From NCBI GenBank assembly GCA_020137815.1, contig CM035350.1, positions 2,108,001 through 2,172,000 on the forward strand: a stretch of 64,000 nucleotides of DNA, given 5' to 3'. Numbering within the stretch: the stretch's first letter is position 1; each line of letters opens with the position of its first letter. Below, in pieces: positions 13,654-40,213 of this stretch. The position numbers and the translations under genes were made by a program. Source of the stretch: Hormiphora californensis (lineage: Eukaryota; Animalia; Ctenophora). The notes beneath the pieces were generated by a model, which worked only from the letters and a program-made list of their open reading frames with translations, searched no databases and had not been told where the DNA came from.

Positions 13654-14580
13654 ATGGATTCGTTAAAGGGGACTGATATTTTGATATTGATAATCCCAAG
13701 CAGCTGCTTTCTAAACTCATCAATATTCCGTGTCTGATCTAATGAGGGTAAGTTCCTTCATCAGTATCGATATTGAGAGACAGGAAAACTTAGTGAATAG
13801 TGTTCGATATTATTTGTTATGTTATTAACTCATGCTATCATACCCCTTTAGGACGGGGATATCTCATCTCTAGTCCGCCGGAACGTGCTGCCCGACATTA
13901 GCAAGTACTGCTTGAGCACAGCCGATATAAAGAAATATGTAGATAGCAACTGACAGAAGAAAGGCACTAATTTCTCAACAAAGAAATGGTAATGAACGAC
14001 ACCAAGGTGGCGGCTGGCGCTAATAAACCTTTACTAGGTAACACTCAGTAAGAATATATATGGTTACTATGCTGAGAATATATTGAGTGTACGAGTAACA
14101 TGTAGAATTATATGTGAGATGCTTGATGAGGTCCAACTAACACTGTGCATTATATTCATTCTTCTGCAGACTAACTTGTAATGTTCTATAGCCCTCCTTT
14201 TTCTGCAGACAAGTATCTTCTAACTTGTCATGTTCTAACCTTCCTTTTCTGCGGACGAGTATCCTCTAACTTGACAATATGTTCTAACCCTCCTTCTTTA
14301 CATTTGTAAAAGTTTCGCTGTGCGGGGCGCTGTAAAACAGGGTCGAGCAAGATACAATCTTCTAACTACTAATTTAACTCTCCCTTTATCTTTCAGTCGC
14401 TACAAAGACAGTGAAGACAAGAAGGATCGCTTAGAAAAGGTTAATTATTTTGTTCTCTGACACTGAATAATAACTATCCTTAGCCCGTCTAACCAATACC
14501 CCTCTTTTTAGTTTGAAGAACAGTATACCTGCTATATCATGGAGCTTAACAACCTCATTCTCCAACTATACGAAGTATAA
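13654..14580 (+). CDS. Possible small spliced gene of unknown function, divergent from the GPCR
   Basis: Four exon-like segments with good splice sites (about 13654-13747, 13852-14037, 14397-14439, 14512-14580) ending FEEQYTCYIMELNNLILQLYEV*. The first two exons contain frame breaks. Confidence 0.35.
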
Positions 14581-16104
14581 ACACCAGGAAACTATTCGGT
14601 TATAGCTCCTTCTCCCGTCTTAATTCATCGGTGAGTTTTCAATCCGGGGACTCTTGCTGGTAAGAAGAACGTGTCCGTTACTCTCATGAGCTGTTTTTAG
14701 TGAATAATTGCAACCACGTTTGCATGAGTCATTTCAAAATAGATCAAGACAAGGGCCGGTGCTATTTTAACAACTCCTTCTAAGCTAACCTAATTCTAAG
14801 CTAACCTATTTCTTTATCACAGGGCGTAGTTGAACAACTTGGTGTAACATGACAAATTGGCATAACAATAGAAGAGTTCCCTGTTACCGATTCTCTCCTG
14901 ATAGGGAGAGGACACTCCTTGATCTTCTCCATCAATGAAGAAGGAGGAAGATGATAATTGAGATCGTGTACTGATACTTGGACATTGTTTGGAGTTTGGA
15001 CAAATACAATATGTACCTTACAGTAGTAATGTTCTCGGGACACAGTGAAACAGGATCGAGCAATGTAACCTCACAGTTAAACTTCAGATTTAGAAACTAA
15101 TTGCTAGACTTTCTAGAGAGATTTGTGAAGTGTGTGATTTAAAAAAAAGTCAATATGCTACAGTTTTCTGATTTATTTTGGAGAATTGAGATGAAATGGT
15201 AATTGTTTCTTAAAGCTAAATAAATCAGAGGCAACCTCCAGGAAAATATGACGGATGTTAGCAGAGCCAAGCCACAATGTTTGTTGCAAGGTCTCTAACT
15301 CTACGTTGGGCTCCAGGGAAGGAGGCAACTTTTAATGACTATAATATGCTCTCTGCTCTCGTGCATTCTTGGCAAGCATAATCGCAATCGATTTAGGTTT
15401 TCTTCTCACGCGCTGTCTGGCGGTATAGACATATGACTGTTATAATTGTAGGGTCTGGCTGAGCTGTGCCAGAAAGCTCGGTGGAGCCATTTTCCTCAAC
15501 GCGCGCGCAATCCAATCATCTTTAGTTCATGGAAAGTGTGTGCGCGCGTACCGTCAGCACTCGTCCCACGACAGGCCACATGTCTTTTTACTTTTTATTT
15601 ACTATTTTAGCACAGTGGTGCTGTTGGAGATTTCAAAAACAATAAAACGGAATTGTTTCTATAATTAGAACATGATAACAGTATTTACAATAGTCTACAG
15701 CTCGGTAAAAACTTTATAGAATATATCTTTTGCGATTAAAGATCATGAATGAATAAAGGCACTTGTAGAATGGGGCGATGAACCCCCGTACAAAGACAAT
15801 TGACATCAACTAAAACTCATACTACTTTATCACAGTGACATATAGCGATATAGAGATCCTCAAAGAAACAGAAAACATTGTTTATCTTATTCACAATCAT
15901 GTCCATTTTTCACCCACGGCCACTACTACACAGCTCTGTCTGAAATCACATTCGGAGAACAAAAAACAGAAATTTAGAGTTTCTCACAAACATAGCACTG
16001 AAAGCACCGTGTTTTGTGGACTTAAGTCTTTCTTGTTACCTTTAGCTCCAATTGGCCACCCAGTGGCCGACTCATTCCTCCCAAAGACACCTCAGTTCAT
16101 GCAG

Positions 16105-29788
<13,684 letters not shown>

Positions 29789-31592
29789 TGTGTATTATCA
29801 GAGAGTCCTTGTCGAGCCTTGCTAAATCAGGAAGGGAGGTGTTACAACTAATGTTGGGGGAGATATTAATTAATATTTGTCACATACAACCATCTTAACG
29901 AGAACAGTGCTAAAGAGGGGCGGGGTCAAAAAATAAAGTTCGAGATTGTCTGTATTGTTCAGCGAGACAATGAGTAGAGAATAGAGATATAAGAAGTACA
30001 GAGAATGATATGATGTTGTTACGTCAGAAAAGTACATGTGCGATATTGAATATAAAAACTACTAAAATCCTACGTCATCTCAAAATGTGCAAATTTTAAA
30101 CTTATATCATGCCCTATGAAAAGTAGGAAATAAACCGTAATAACAGTTCCTATCCAGGTTGCTATCTTGGTTAGATCTATATCCGGGATATCCCAAGTAC
30201 AACAACTAGTTCCAGGTATGAGGGTTACCGATGCCTGTTTCATTTCATGCCAATCAGTATTCATTTTATCAAGCCTATTCAATTGGTGACGCGGTCACCC
30301 CTACACTAGGGCCGCGTGAAATGAACAAACCAATGGGGGTGGGGGGGTCTTCAAGGTACTATAAATTGTCCCGTTTTATATCGAGAACAAGATTATTCGC
30401 GTTATGTTCCGGTATAAGGCTGAGTTTCCCTGTCATAGGAAGCTTTATTGGGATGCTCGGAGGCAAGAATTTTGTCCTGTATATCGGGGTCAAATACAGA
30501 ATACTGTCAATTTTCTAGTTAAATATCGACTTCCTGAAACAGTCAAAGTTCACAAGCAGTCGTGATATACGTGATAACAACGAATAACGTTGTCAAACTG
30601 ACACACCAAACAGGCAAATTTGCGTTAGATATGGTTAGATTGGGAGGGAAGAAGTAAAAAGAAAATTAATTGCAGTATAGTATGTATATATAGTATGGTA
30701 TAATCATAATAAAAACATCCATCTACACATGCTCAAATGCTCGATCCCCATGAATACTTGCCTAGCCAGACCCCCTTTCGCACGCTCCGCGGCATTGTAA
30801 TATGTCGTCCTCTACTTGTTCCACTGTTAGCACAAAGATATACATTATCACAGCTGTCACTAATTATGTCGGGCAACTTAATACTTGGAGTGTTTGCTTA
30901 GGTATGCCCCGGAAGTGTACACACCATTTCTAGTACTTGGGTCCCACCACTGGATAGTAGATTATAATATACAAAGGGGGATAAGCTACAAGCACGACCA
31001 ATACAAACCTATAACAGATTAGCATACAAATCCATATAGCTCCGTTCTATGAGTAGGTAATTGTAACGCTTCAGATGTCATGTATTGAAACATTATTCCC
31101 TGGTGTAATAATAAGTACCATTTTGTCCGTGATAATTAGCAATCAAATTCTTAGGTACCAATTATCATCGGTCATGGGGCGAAACCTTGAAACTTGAAAA
31201 ACTTGAAAAAAATTTGTGATTCCTCTGTAATCACACGGTAGGCCCCCCTACTACTCGATGATCTCCCTTCATTGTCCAGATCAGAGGCCAGGTGATGGCG
31301 TATATATATGATAACGAATAACAACAAGCACCCGCCTACCCATATTTGTATCTCGTCCGTACAACTCAGCCCTGATTTGAGAACTGAACGGAGTACGAAC
31401 CCGGTTTATAATTCAAGACATAACAGGATCTGGGTGCCGTAATTTACGAAATTTTGGCAATTCTTCTTATTTTGAAATTGAATATTATTGGCCACGATTG
31501 CAGAATCCAAACTACACTTTAACACTACTGTTTAATTACTGCGTATATTGCAGACACCCACGTTTCACATAAACTCACTGGCAAGTGAGGCT

Positions 31593-31977
31593 GCGTAGTG
31601 TCAGTACTGATAAAGAAAACTGGGACCTGGAAATCAACATCAGTTTCCAATTTTTTAACTGGTCCCTAAGGGGAAACTCTAACTGAATGCACGCGCAGTA
31701 ATGGCAGCCCATCAACTGGAAAACTCTAACTGATAATGGGAGCCATCACTCTGGGCGTGCCAGGATTTGCCACAAATTTTGCCAAAAAAAGGCTTTTATG
31801 ACGATGACAAACACACGAACATGGTCGCGCATTCTGTCCATCATTCCTTCCATCCAATTAGAGTTTTACCAGTGATGGGACGCCATTACTGCGCATTGCG
31901 CATGCATTCAGTTAGAGTTTCCCCTAAGGGAATCGCAAAAAAACCATATTAAATGCTATCCACATTCCACTATAAAC
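31593..31977 (+). repeat. Copy 1 of a 380-bp direct repeat containing a PIF/Harbinger-type MITE (31670-31924)
   Basis: Nearly identical to 34200-34577. The MITE has TIR ggggaaactctaactgaatgca and TAA on both sides. Confidence 0.9.
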
Positions 31978-32081
31978 CACCCCCCCCTGCTGATATTTCC
32001 CGCAGTCTACTGTGGTATATCAAATAATTCCCTCCCTCTGTTTTCACACCTTTCATAATTCCCGGGGTCGTTTTATAAGAA

Positions 32082-32238
32082 ATAACCACGGCTAGTAAAG
32101 TGATGAAATTTGATAATCCCCTACGGGGATTATCACACGATATTCCCCTCGTCACTCCGTTCCTCGTGGATATCGTATTGATATACCAGCCTAATAGGCT
32201 GGTATATCAGATTTCATCCCTCTACTAACCGGGGTTAT
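32082..32238. mobile_element. Short multi-hairpin element (Crypton-like non-autonomous; class inferred)
   Basis: Outer imperfect inverted repeat plus inner palindromes gataatcccc-tac-ggggattatc and gatataccagccta-a-taggctggtatatc. Confidence 0.55.
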
Positions 32239-32242
32239 CTAT

Positions 32243-32847
32243 ACTAGTAAACCCGTTCGCCCTACGGGCGAATTTCGGGGAAATGGTAGCTGGGTTAGGG
32301 AGCACTGACATCACCAGTCGAACTGTTGACATGCACCATCCCATCTTAAGTTACTGTACCGTAAAAGGAGCTCAGGCGGGATCGCTGCGAGTTTCAGAAC
32401 GTCAGATGATGATGATCGGGCGATCAAATTGATAAAAGAACTTACTATTTTGCAGACTCCTCGCGTTTCGTCTATTTGCAGTATTCATCTGAGATTGATC
32501 ATCGGTTCTGTCTAACCTCCAACGTCTTTTTTGTTGTCTCTGCACTTCTCTTGGTGTTGCTGTATTTAAATCCCTCAGTGTATGGAAAAGTAGAGAAAAG
32601 TAGTGAGATCTCCAATTGTCGCTTTCGTATATCAACGGTTGTTGAAGAGAGCATAATAGCTGGAACAGTGACACAATACAAAGCAAGAACAGCTGCACGT
32701 GCAGCTGCAGTACGTAGTAACAATCCTTGGTAACGACTCACACCCCTGGCCCCACTCCAGCTATAGTACTCCACCTCTAAACCTGCACGTGCAAAATGCC
32801 ATATTTGGTAAAAATATCATCACCCATCATTTCCCTATTTGCTTTAA
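32243..32847 (+). mobile_element. Helitron/Helentron-like non-autonomous element
   Basis: The 5' end actagtaaacccgttcgccctacgggcgaat and the 3' end catcacccatcatttccctatttgctttaa both recur inverted at 41210 and 40596. Confidence 0.65.
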
Positions 32848-33189
32848 CTAGAGTACCCGTTTGCTGGGAACCCGTGACCTGGTAAATGGTAATTTATCCT
32901 CATATAACTGGTGACATTTGTGTTTGATTTTTAAAAGATAAATTAATTTGTTTGTTCCTTAGAGCAATGAGTCTCATAGTAGGAGCGCGTTACAATTTTG
33001 GCGAGGCGGGTAAATCATTTACTGTAACACGCGAATTTTCCCGAAAAAGCGCTGCTTTTTACGCCGCGCGACTCCCCCCCAAAAACGGAATAGGTTTTTT
33101 TTTTTGGGGCGGGCCCCTTAATACGGAAACCCCCCAAAAAAGGGGGTTTGGGTGGGAGGTAGGTATGTGGAAGGCCCAGGGCACATGAT

Positions 33190-34080
33190 TCGGAAACGAT
33201 TCGGTATACTTGTCCTGGAAGAGATCAGCTATTGAGGCAGGATCCGAAACAGCTCTCCCTTTAGAATCGAAAAGAAGGCCAATCTCAGTTTGGAGCTTGT
33301 TCATCTGTTTGGCGATACTGAAAAAACCTTGGGGTTGATTTTCATAGTTTTGACCACTGACTTCACCTTCTTCTCTCTTAGATTGTTCAGGGCTTCACCT
33401 AGTTTGAACTCTGTGGAGGCAAGTTGGTTCGTAGCAGCGGATATTGGAGCGGGATTTGGAGAGGGGTGGGAATGTAGTGCAGCAAGCCTAGTTCTTAGCT
33501 TCTTCTTACGTCGCCGTGGGCTGTCCAGAATCTTGGGCTTACCGGAGCGAGCTGGGTGGGTTGGGGTGTGGAGTTTACAGATATCGAGGAATTTTGGGTC
33601 AGGGAAATAGGGAACTCAACGAAGGAGGATTCATCTGCTCGAGAGAAGTCAAGGGCTCGGAACTCTTGGGCAGCTGGAGGGCTTTGGTGGCAGGTGTAGT
33701 AAGGGGTGGGGAGGTAAGTGTAATGTCTGTTAGACGGTGGTCTGACATTTTGGTGTGGACACCTGGCCACTCAGAGAGGATGGTTAGTGAGGAGTACATC
33801 AAGGATATTACTTCCCCTGTTTGGGTGAGGATGACTTGGTTGGCAAAGAAATCAGCCATGGGCGTGAATTCAGACGCCGATGAATCAGGGGGCGGTGGAC
33901 AGATGCAACTAACCATTAGGCGTGGTCAAGTTTACAGACAACTGGCATACTGAGTTATCGAAGGCTAGGGAAGATGAATCGGGGGGATCAGTTCTCGAGT
34001 ATAGAGCGACGCATCAGAAATGTATGATTCAGCCAGGTTTCAGATAGGTAGAAAAAGAAGGGGGTGATTCATGGAAGTCT
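33190..34080 (-). mobile_element. Decayed CR1-like LINE ORF2 endonuclease and linker fragment
   Basis: Frameshifted motifs LSETWL, RGSNILDVLLTN, MSDHRL and KINPKVFFS...IGLLFD...IADLFQD. Confidence 0.75.
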
Positions 34081-34199
34081 CATCTTCTAAAAATGTCTGC
34101 AGTGTCGGGACCTTCCATCTGGAAACACTGTGGGCGGATGGGTTGGTCCCCCGTGCATTTAGTAGAAGTAGGGATGAGTATGGTTGAGGTACACGTGGG

Positions 34200-34577
34200 G
34201 CGTAGTGTCAGTACTGATAAAGAAAACTGGGACCTGGAAATCAACATCAGTTTCCAATTTTTTAACTGGTCCCTAAGGGGAAACTCTAACTGAATGCACA
34301 CGCAGTAATGGCAGCCCATCAACTGGAAAACTGATAATGGGAGCCATCACTCTGGGCGCGCCAGGATTTGCCACAAATTTTGCCAAAAAAAGGCTTTTAC
34401 GTAGCGCACGATGACAAACACACGAACATGGTCGCGCGTTCTGTCCATCATTCCTTCCATCCAATTAGAGTTTTACCAGTGATGGGACGCCATTACTGCG
34501 CGTGCATTCAGTTAGAGTTTCCCCTAAGGGAATCGCAAAAAAACCATATTAAATGCTATCCACATTCCACTATAAAC
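34200..34577 (+). repeat. Copy 2 of the 380-bp direct repeat with MITE (34277-34524)
   Basis: Matches 31593-31977, including the flanks outside the MITE. Confidence 0.9.
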
Positions 34578-34923
34578 ATTTGTAGGAATTGTTACGTTCG
34601 TCTTCCCCACTCGCCTTTTGTCCGCTCATGCTTGATTGCTTGAGACCCTCGTTCGATGATACTTGAAACATCAATTTGTGCAGATTGCACTAAAATCTCA
34701 TTAAAAACATCAAATTTTGATAAAAATTGACCCCTTTTTCTTGATTTTTTCCCCTTTTCTCTTCATAATCCGAAGTAAAAGTGTGGATACCAACCTCCCT
34801 ACTCCTTAGAAGTCATATTTTGTGGATGGCCTCTAAGCATATCTACAGACCTCACACAGCGCTTTTCAAAAGCAAATCCAACATTCCGCCAAGTTTTCTG
34901 AGCTGTTTTCCGCGGGCGCGATT

Positions 34924-36434
34924 ATAATCTGGGTGCCTTGCAGCGTGTTTACAGGTGCGCGCTACCAAAAAGAGTACACTTTTATTTCCTAGACCGACTT
35001 TTTTCAAACGGCTATAGCCACGCAACCACATGGCCGATTTGAGTAAACTAAACGGTATCTAATAGAGAATCGGTAGCCCTAACCGATAATAATAATAAAT
35101 AATAATAATAAATAAAAATGACAGTTTATATCCCGCACTGACACAGTTTGTATACAGACAACTCGTTTTCCTTAATTTGAAAGGGACTGCAGTAGACTGC
35201 CTGCTCCTAGCACGGTTCTCTGATAACGGTGAGTTAGTGGGGAACTATCCCACTTGGATAAGATTATTACGGATGAAGTAGCAGCCGTCAGGATCTTCTG
35301 ATCGTATCCGCTTCAAAGTGGACCTTAGAGCTTTTTGCTCTTTCAGTTCAGAGGGCGTAAGATCCGGAGAGAGATAAACAGCCGAAAACTGTTTGGAGTC
35401 TTTGAGGTTTCGTGCCTTTCTGAGGAGTGCGAGGAGAGTCGCTCTCTTCTCCAGGGATACTAAGAGCGGTCTAGGGCGCTTCTCATTTCTTTCGCCGATG
35501 CGTTTCATCGTAGTCACTTTCGGTTTCTCATTTAATTCCTCAAAAAGTTCGTCTAAAGTAGTTTTAGCTACTCTATCGGTTGTTTCTGGGAGACCAAACA
35601 CAACCATGTTCTTCTCTCTTCCGGGCTGTTGGACGGGAGTAGGATGATTCACTGGTAGTGGTTTTCCCACTTTGGGGGAGGTTGCAGCACAATTCTGTGC
35701 TAGTACAGTAGAGTAGGCTTTCACCTTCTGCACCGATGATGTCACTGTACTGAGTTGTTGCTTCTGGTGGTTGATAACCGTTTGCTGAAGCTCGATTACG
35801 TTAACCCGATGGCGGTCAAGTTCTTCTTTACATTCACGCAGCTGTTTCTCGAGGTTTTCCACACTGATAACCGTTTCAAAATTGTTCATTGTTGCTCGGG
35901 CAAGTTTCATACTGGAGAGAAAAATACGCGAAGTAGCCTCGATTATTTCACTCGTAGTTCGGTCCTTGAGACAATGTCTAAAGTACGAACCCCAGTGCTT
36001 GCTAGGCGAAGCTAAGCTGTCGTTGGTTAACATTGAATCGGGTGCAGCTTGAATCGATCTATAACATTGAGTAAACTCATCTGGTGTGATGCTCGTCGTG
36101 TTGTCCGAATTCAACAGGTAAACTTCAGAAACAAAGTCATCCACCGTCTCTTCTAATCGTTTTATCATAGGGCTATCGCCCTCGTACTTCGCTTCCGACA
36201 TTATCAACGTTTCGTTTTTCTGCCCTTCGGGGCTGTTACATCGGATTCATCTTCCTGCTCAATAAATAGTTTTACGTTGTAGTTGATGAAAGTTTGAATA
36301 ACCCCAAACAAAACCCTAACCCGACCCTAACAACAGCCCTAACCCGTCTCGACCGCCAAAATCGATGAATTGTTAGCAATGGAACACCCGGACACCCACG
36401 AGCGCCGTCCCTGAATGGAAGGCACCCAGATTTT
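34924..36434. mobile_element. TIR element with ccctaa repeats, interrupted by a retroelement
   Basis: aatctgggtgcctt on the left and aaggcacccagatt on the right are inverted repeats; ccctaac units flank the insert. Confidence 0.6.
35245..36201 (-). CDS. LINE ORF1-like protein (coiled coil plus RRM/CTD) in an ORF1-only retroelement spanning about 35085-36300
   Basis: Intact ORF with REKNMVVFGLPE, KRIG...RPRPLLVSL and VYLSPDLTPSE. About 130 bp after the stop comes a (TAT)n-rich tail. Confidence 0.85.
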   Translation of the reverse strand: MSEAKYEGDSPMIKRLEETVDDFVSEVYLLNSDNTTSITPDEFTQCYRSIQAAPDSMLTNDSLASPSKHWGSYFRHCLKDRTTSEIIEATSRIFLSSMKLARATMNNFETVISVENLEKQLRECKEELDRHRVNVIELQQTVINHQKQQLSTVTSSVQKVKAYSTVLAQNCAATSPKVGKPLPVNHPTPVQQPGREKNMVVFGLPETTDRVAKTTLDELFEELNEKPKVTTMKRIGERNEKRPRPLLVSLEKRATLLALLRKARNLKDSKQFSAVYLSPDLTPSELKEQKALRSTLKRIRSEDPDGCYFIRNNLIQVG

Positions 36435-36879
36435 AACGTTTTCCGTTTTCCGCCAAATTTTGAGTTTCAAAATAAAATCGCGATCGTGAAACTTTATAAA
36501 ATTAAAGATGAATGCAACGCGCGGCTTTCAAAACGACGTAGGGCGCGAATAAAATTATATTTGCACTGCCTCAAACTTTTTTGAGCTGAGTTTGAAAAAA
36601 AATGGAGATTTTTTAAAAAACCGAGCGAACTGCGAAGTGAAATTTCAAATTTGAACTTCTGATTTCTGAAATTTAAATCCCACAATCCCCTTAAACCCCT
36701 GTAACGAATTAGGGGCCCTACGGTGTATATTTACTGTGTCAGTCAAAACAAATTAAAACCTACGGACCGGCGACCGGGAGGTAGAAAACACAAAACCCTT
36801 CGCCAGCACGGCCCGCCAGCACCCACTCTTCGGAGCCCGGAGGCCACGATATTCCATAATTCTTTACTATTAGAGCGAC

Positions 36880-37200
36880 CTGACATTCACACAAGCAATG
36901 TGTACCCCTTCCCAGCCAAAAACCATGCTGCGTTCAAACCTCGATAGCAACAAAACAATCAAACTCATTCGCTGGACGGGCAACAAGGCTATGGAACACT
37001 CTGCCAAAGAAGGTGAATTCGGCAAAAAGGCTAGAGAATTTCAAGATTCTTCTCGGGGACTGGATGAAACGTTTTCCGGATAGACCACCTGTGTCCGGAT
37101 GCAGTCGGCAAAACAACAATTCAATTCTGGAATGGTCCCGTGGGACTGTATGTGCGGGGGATGTTCGATTGGACTGACACCATTATATGTTGATATATGA
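36880..37200 (+). mobile_element. LINE ORF2 extreme C-terminal fragment
   Basis: NSFAGRATRLWNTLPKKV...FKILLGDWMKRFPDRPPV...NNSILEW, a CR1-group terminus. Confidence 0.7.
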
Positions 37201-37545
37201 CGTCTATTACAAAGTTACAAAGCATATTTCTTGGGAATGGATTATGAATGCTTATGAAAAGAGGACGCCGCCGGACCGATCCCCGGTATCTACTATCTGG
37301 ACGCTGAATAATCCACGGCGGGCTCAAAATATGAGTTTTCGTATACTATAACCAATATCTATTGCCCACTCCAAACTGTGTGGGTAGAAAATTAGCCATA
37401 TAAACTCAAAACTTTGCTCAATGTGTAGGTAGACATGTCCGTTCAGTGTCGAGTTTTGCTAAAAAATTACGAAGAAATCAAGAATCAGACCCTAGCAGAG
37501 AGTAAACCTGACTTCCAGTACCAGTAAGTATTTTTAGTTTGCTAA

Positions 37546-37851
37546 TAACAGTGGTGATCCGTCATATTGGCCATCCGCACAGCAACGCCTAAAGTCCATT
37601 TTTTCAACCCCTTTTTTCAGTCGTGCACATAATTTTTTTGCCCGCTTATCAGATGTTAACGTGTGGTGTGTGCCACGATATCACGACACAACGGGTTTGG
37701 GGTTAACAGTTGAAAATGACTTTATAGCGTGGTGCACAACGTCCTAAACGAACGAAAAAAGCAATGGCATATTTGACGTCGCTAACCACGCTGTGCACCA
37801 CGCTGTTGGCGGTGCCGTGCGGGTGGCCAATATGGCGGAACACCACTATTA
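37546..37851. mobile_element. MITE
   Basis: About 44-bp imperfect TIR (agtggtgatccgtcatattggccatccgcac versus gtgcgggtggccaatatggcggaacaccact). Confidence 0.75.
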
Positions 37852-37856
37852 CAGAC

Positions 37857-38120
37857 CTTGATATCTTGGAGCATTTTACCCTTTTTACCAAGATCTCTCT
37901 TTTCCAGATGTGAGGTGCACCAATACTGCTGCTACAATTATACAGTACCCCAGAGCCCATGGTGTTGTGATGGTACTTACCAAGTCATCTATAAGGACTG
38001 GTACCTTTGGTAAGTTACTGACGGCACCAAACTGCCGTTGTTGCTTGACGCTGTAATCTGTATATGTTCTCTTGTGACATGCTAGTTGGAGGTCTTCGGG
38101 AGTATGAGCAGCAAAGATTC
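37857..38120 (-). CDS. Possible exons of an unidentified gene
   Basis: Two AG/GT-bounded segments join in frame (IFAAHTPEDLQLACHKR...VLIDDL and QQYWCTSHLEKRDLGKKGKMLQDIK). No homology recognised. Confidence 0.3.
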
Positions 38121-38847
38121 TTGAAATAGTAATCATCAGATGAGACGTGTGAAATATGATACTATGTGGCCTCTCACACATTCCCCGATTCCCAATAGAA
38201 TTATCATAACAAATCTCATAATAAGTCATGACCTACTTGATTCTTGAATCTTTGTTATTTTCTAACACTCCTTTACGACTGTAAAAGAGAGGAGCCCACG
38301 GAAAGAGAGTTGAGCTAGGCAACTTGAATCCCTCGGAGACCCACATCTCCATGGAGATTTAGGTTTTCTAATCTCTATTATAATTTGGAAATGTCGCTAG
38401 CAACCGTTGTTAGGGGCGGGTTGGTTGTTACTGCACGTGCAGATGGGTACAGCGGAAGGGTGGGTTATCAATTCTTGTTTCAATATAGTTTTAGAAGTGA
38501 GCGTCTGAAACACATTTCAATATAGTTTGAGAAGTGAGCGTCTGAAACACATTTCAATATAGTTTTAGGGATCCATGTAGAGATTTTAGTAAAGCACAAT
38601 CGGGTAAAGGATCTTGTTTCTTTAATATGTGTAATGGTATTTGGAAGGAGATGTAGACGTGCTGAGTGTGGTAAATCATACTAATATAGCTTCCGGCATT
38701 AATTAAGTTAAATTGCTCTTGCTCACTTTTACTAATTAGTCTGCAAAGCAGTTGGTTGGCTGTGTTTTACAGAAAACGTGATGGATATAACGGAAGATTT
38801 CCAAGTTCTCCACTTCTCTATTTTCTAACCACACCCCATCTCTACAG

Positions 38848-39399
38848 GGTGATATTATCCCTGATAACAGTATTGCTGGGTGCACTAGTTTTATATTTCC
38901 GGTTCTACCACAAGAGACAGCTGACTAGGAGTATAGTAGAGGCTACGATGGAACTAGAGGCACACTATCGACCACTACAGTATCAGGTACCTTCTTATTG
39001 TTGTATTATTGTTACTGTGTACATGCTGTACTATGGATGTACTGGTATTGTCTGGGGTGGACCACTGAGAGAAAAGAAGTATCCGTGCTCAGTATGTGCT
39101 GCCACAGTACAGTGTGACATGTAATACAACACGCTAATCCAACTCATGACAGTCCCTGTTACTGCAGATAACTAACTCCCTCTTATTGGTCCCACTACTC
39201 TTTATGACCCCACTACTAACTCCCTCTTATTAACCCCACTACTACTAACTCCCTCCCTTCCTCCCAGGTGAGGTTTGTGGAGAGAGAAAAGAGCACAGAC
39301 GATGTACCCCCACCCTGCTACTCAGACATTGTCCCTCCTTCCTACTCAGCTGGATCATCAACCTCAGAATCCAGACCAAATAGAGCTACAGACACTTGA
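38848..39399 (+). CDS. Single-pass membrane protein with PPxY motifs (last two exons)
   Basis: Exon 38848-38986 encodes VILSLITVLLGALVLYFRFYHKR. Exon 39268-39399 encodes VPPPCYSDIVPPSYS...*. A Cys-containing upstream exon near 38568-38670 is unresolved. Confidence 0.55.
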
Positions 39400-40010
39400 T
39401 ATATGAGGGGGGCTTGCTGTATTGTGTGTGTGTATTGTGTAAACTATGGTATCGTTCTTTAATTTTTCAACACCAGGAAGACTGCCTCTCTCTCCTTGCT
39501 TTGCTCGACCCTCTCTCTCTCGCTCTCTCCTTGCTTTGCTCGACCCTCTCCCTTTGTATTGTGAGGGAAGCTGAAGGATAATTGAGTCACACCACGAACC
39601 TGATGGAACGCGCGATGTGACTGAGGTAGAGTTGCTCGCGCACAGAAGTAACATAGCCAAGGAGAGAGCTTGTCAGCGCCATTTCAAGAGAGATGCGCGC
39701 GTCGTGTGTGTAAGAATCGAGATGCGCCTGGAGGGCCGTGCTTTCATCACATCAACCACCCCGCGCCTTCCAGTTACGTTACTATACAATCACGAGTGTA
39801 TTTGGGGCCTTTCAACAACAACTTTTTCATTCACTCTTGTACGTACAAATTACACAGTGCAACTGCAGTCTCTTTAACATCTGCCAGAAGCAATTGTATA
39901 CTCTTTAACAACTCAAAACATAATGTCCAGTTATATACTGGCCAGGAAAAACAAAACATATTATATGGTGCTTTATCAAGTCCCAACTCCATCCTTCTCT
40001 CAAATATCGG

Positions 40011-40156
40011 TCAGTGTTGGTTAGTTGGTTCACCACCTCCACTACTACTTGACCCGCCAGAGCAACATCCACGCTGGGAGATAGATCGTGTTAATCAGGT
40101 GATACTCTGAGTTATCAAGCAGGAGTGAGAGTGAGAAAGAGTGAGAGAGTGAGAGA

Positions 40157-40213
<57 letters not shown>

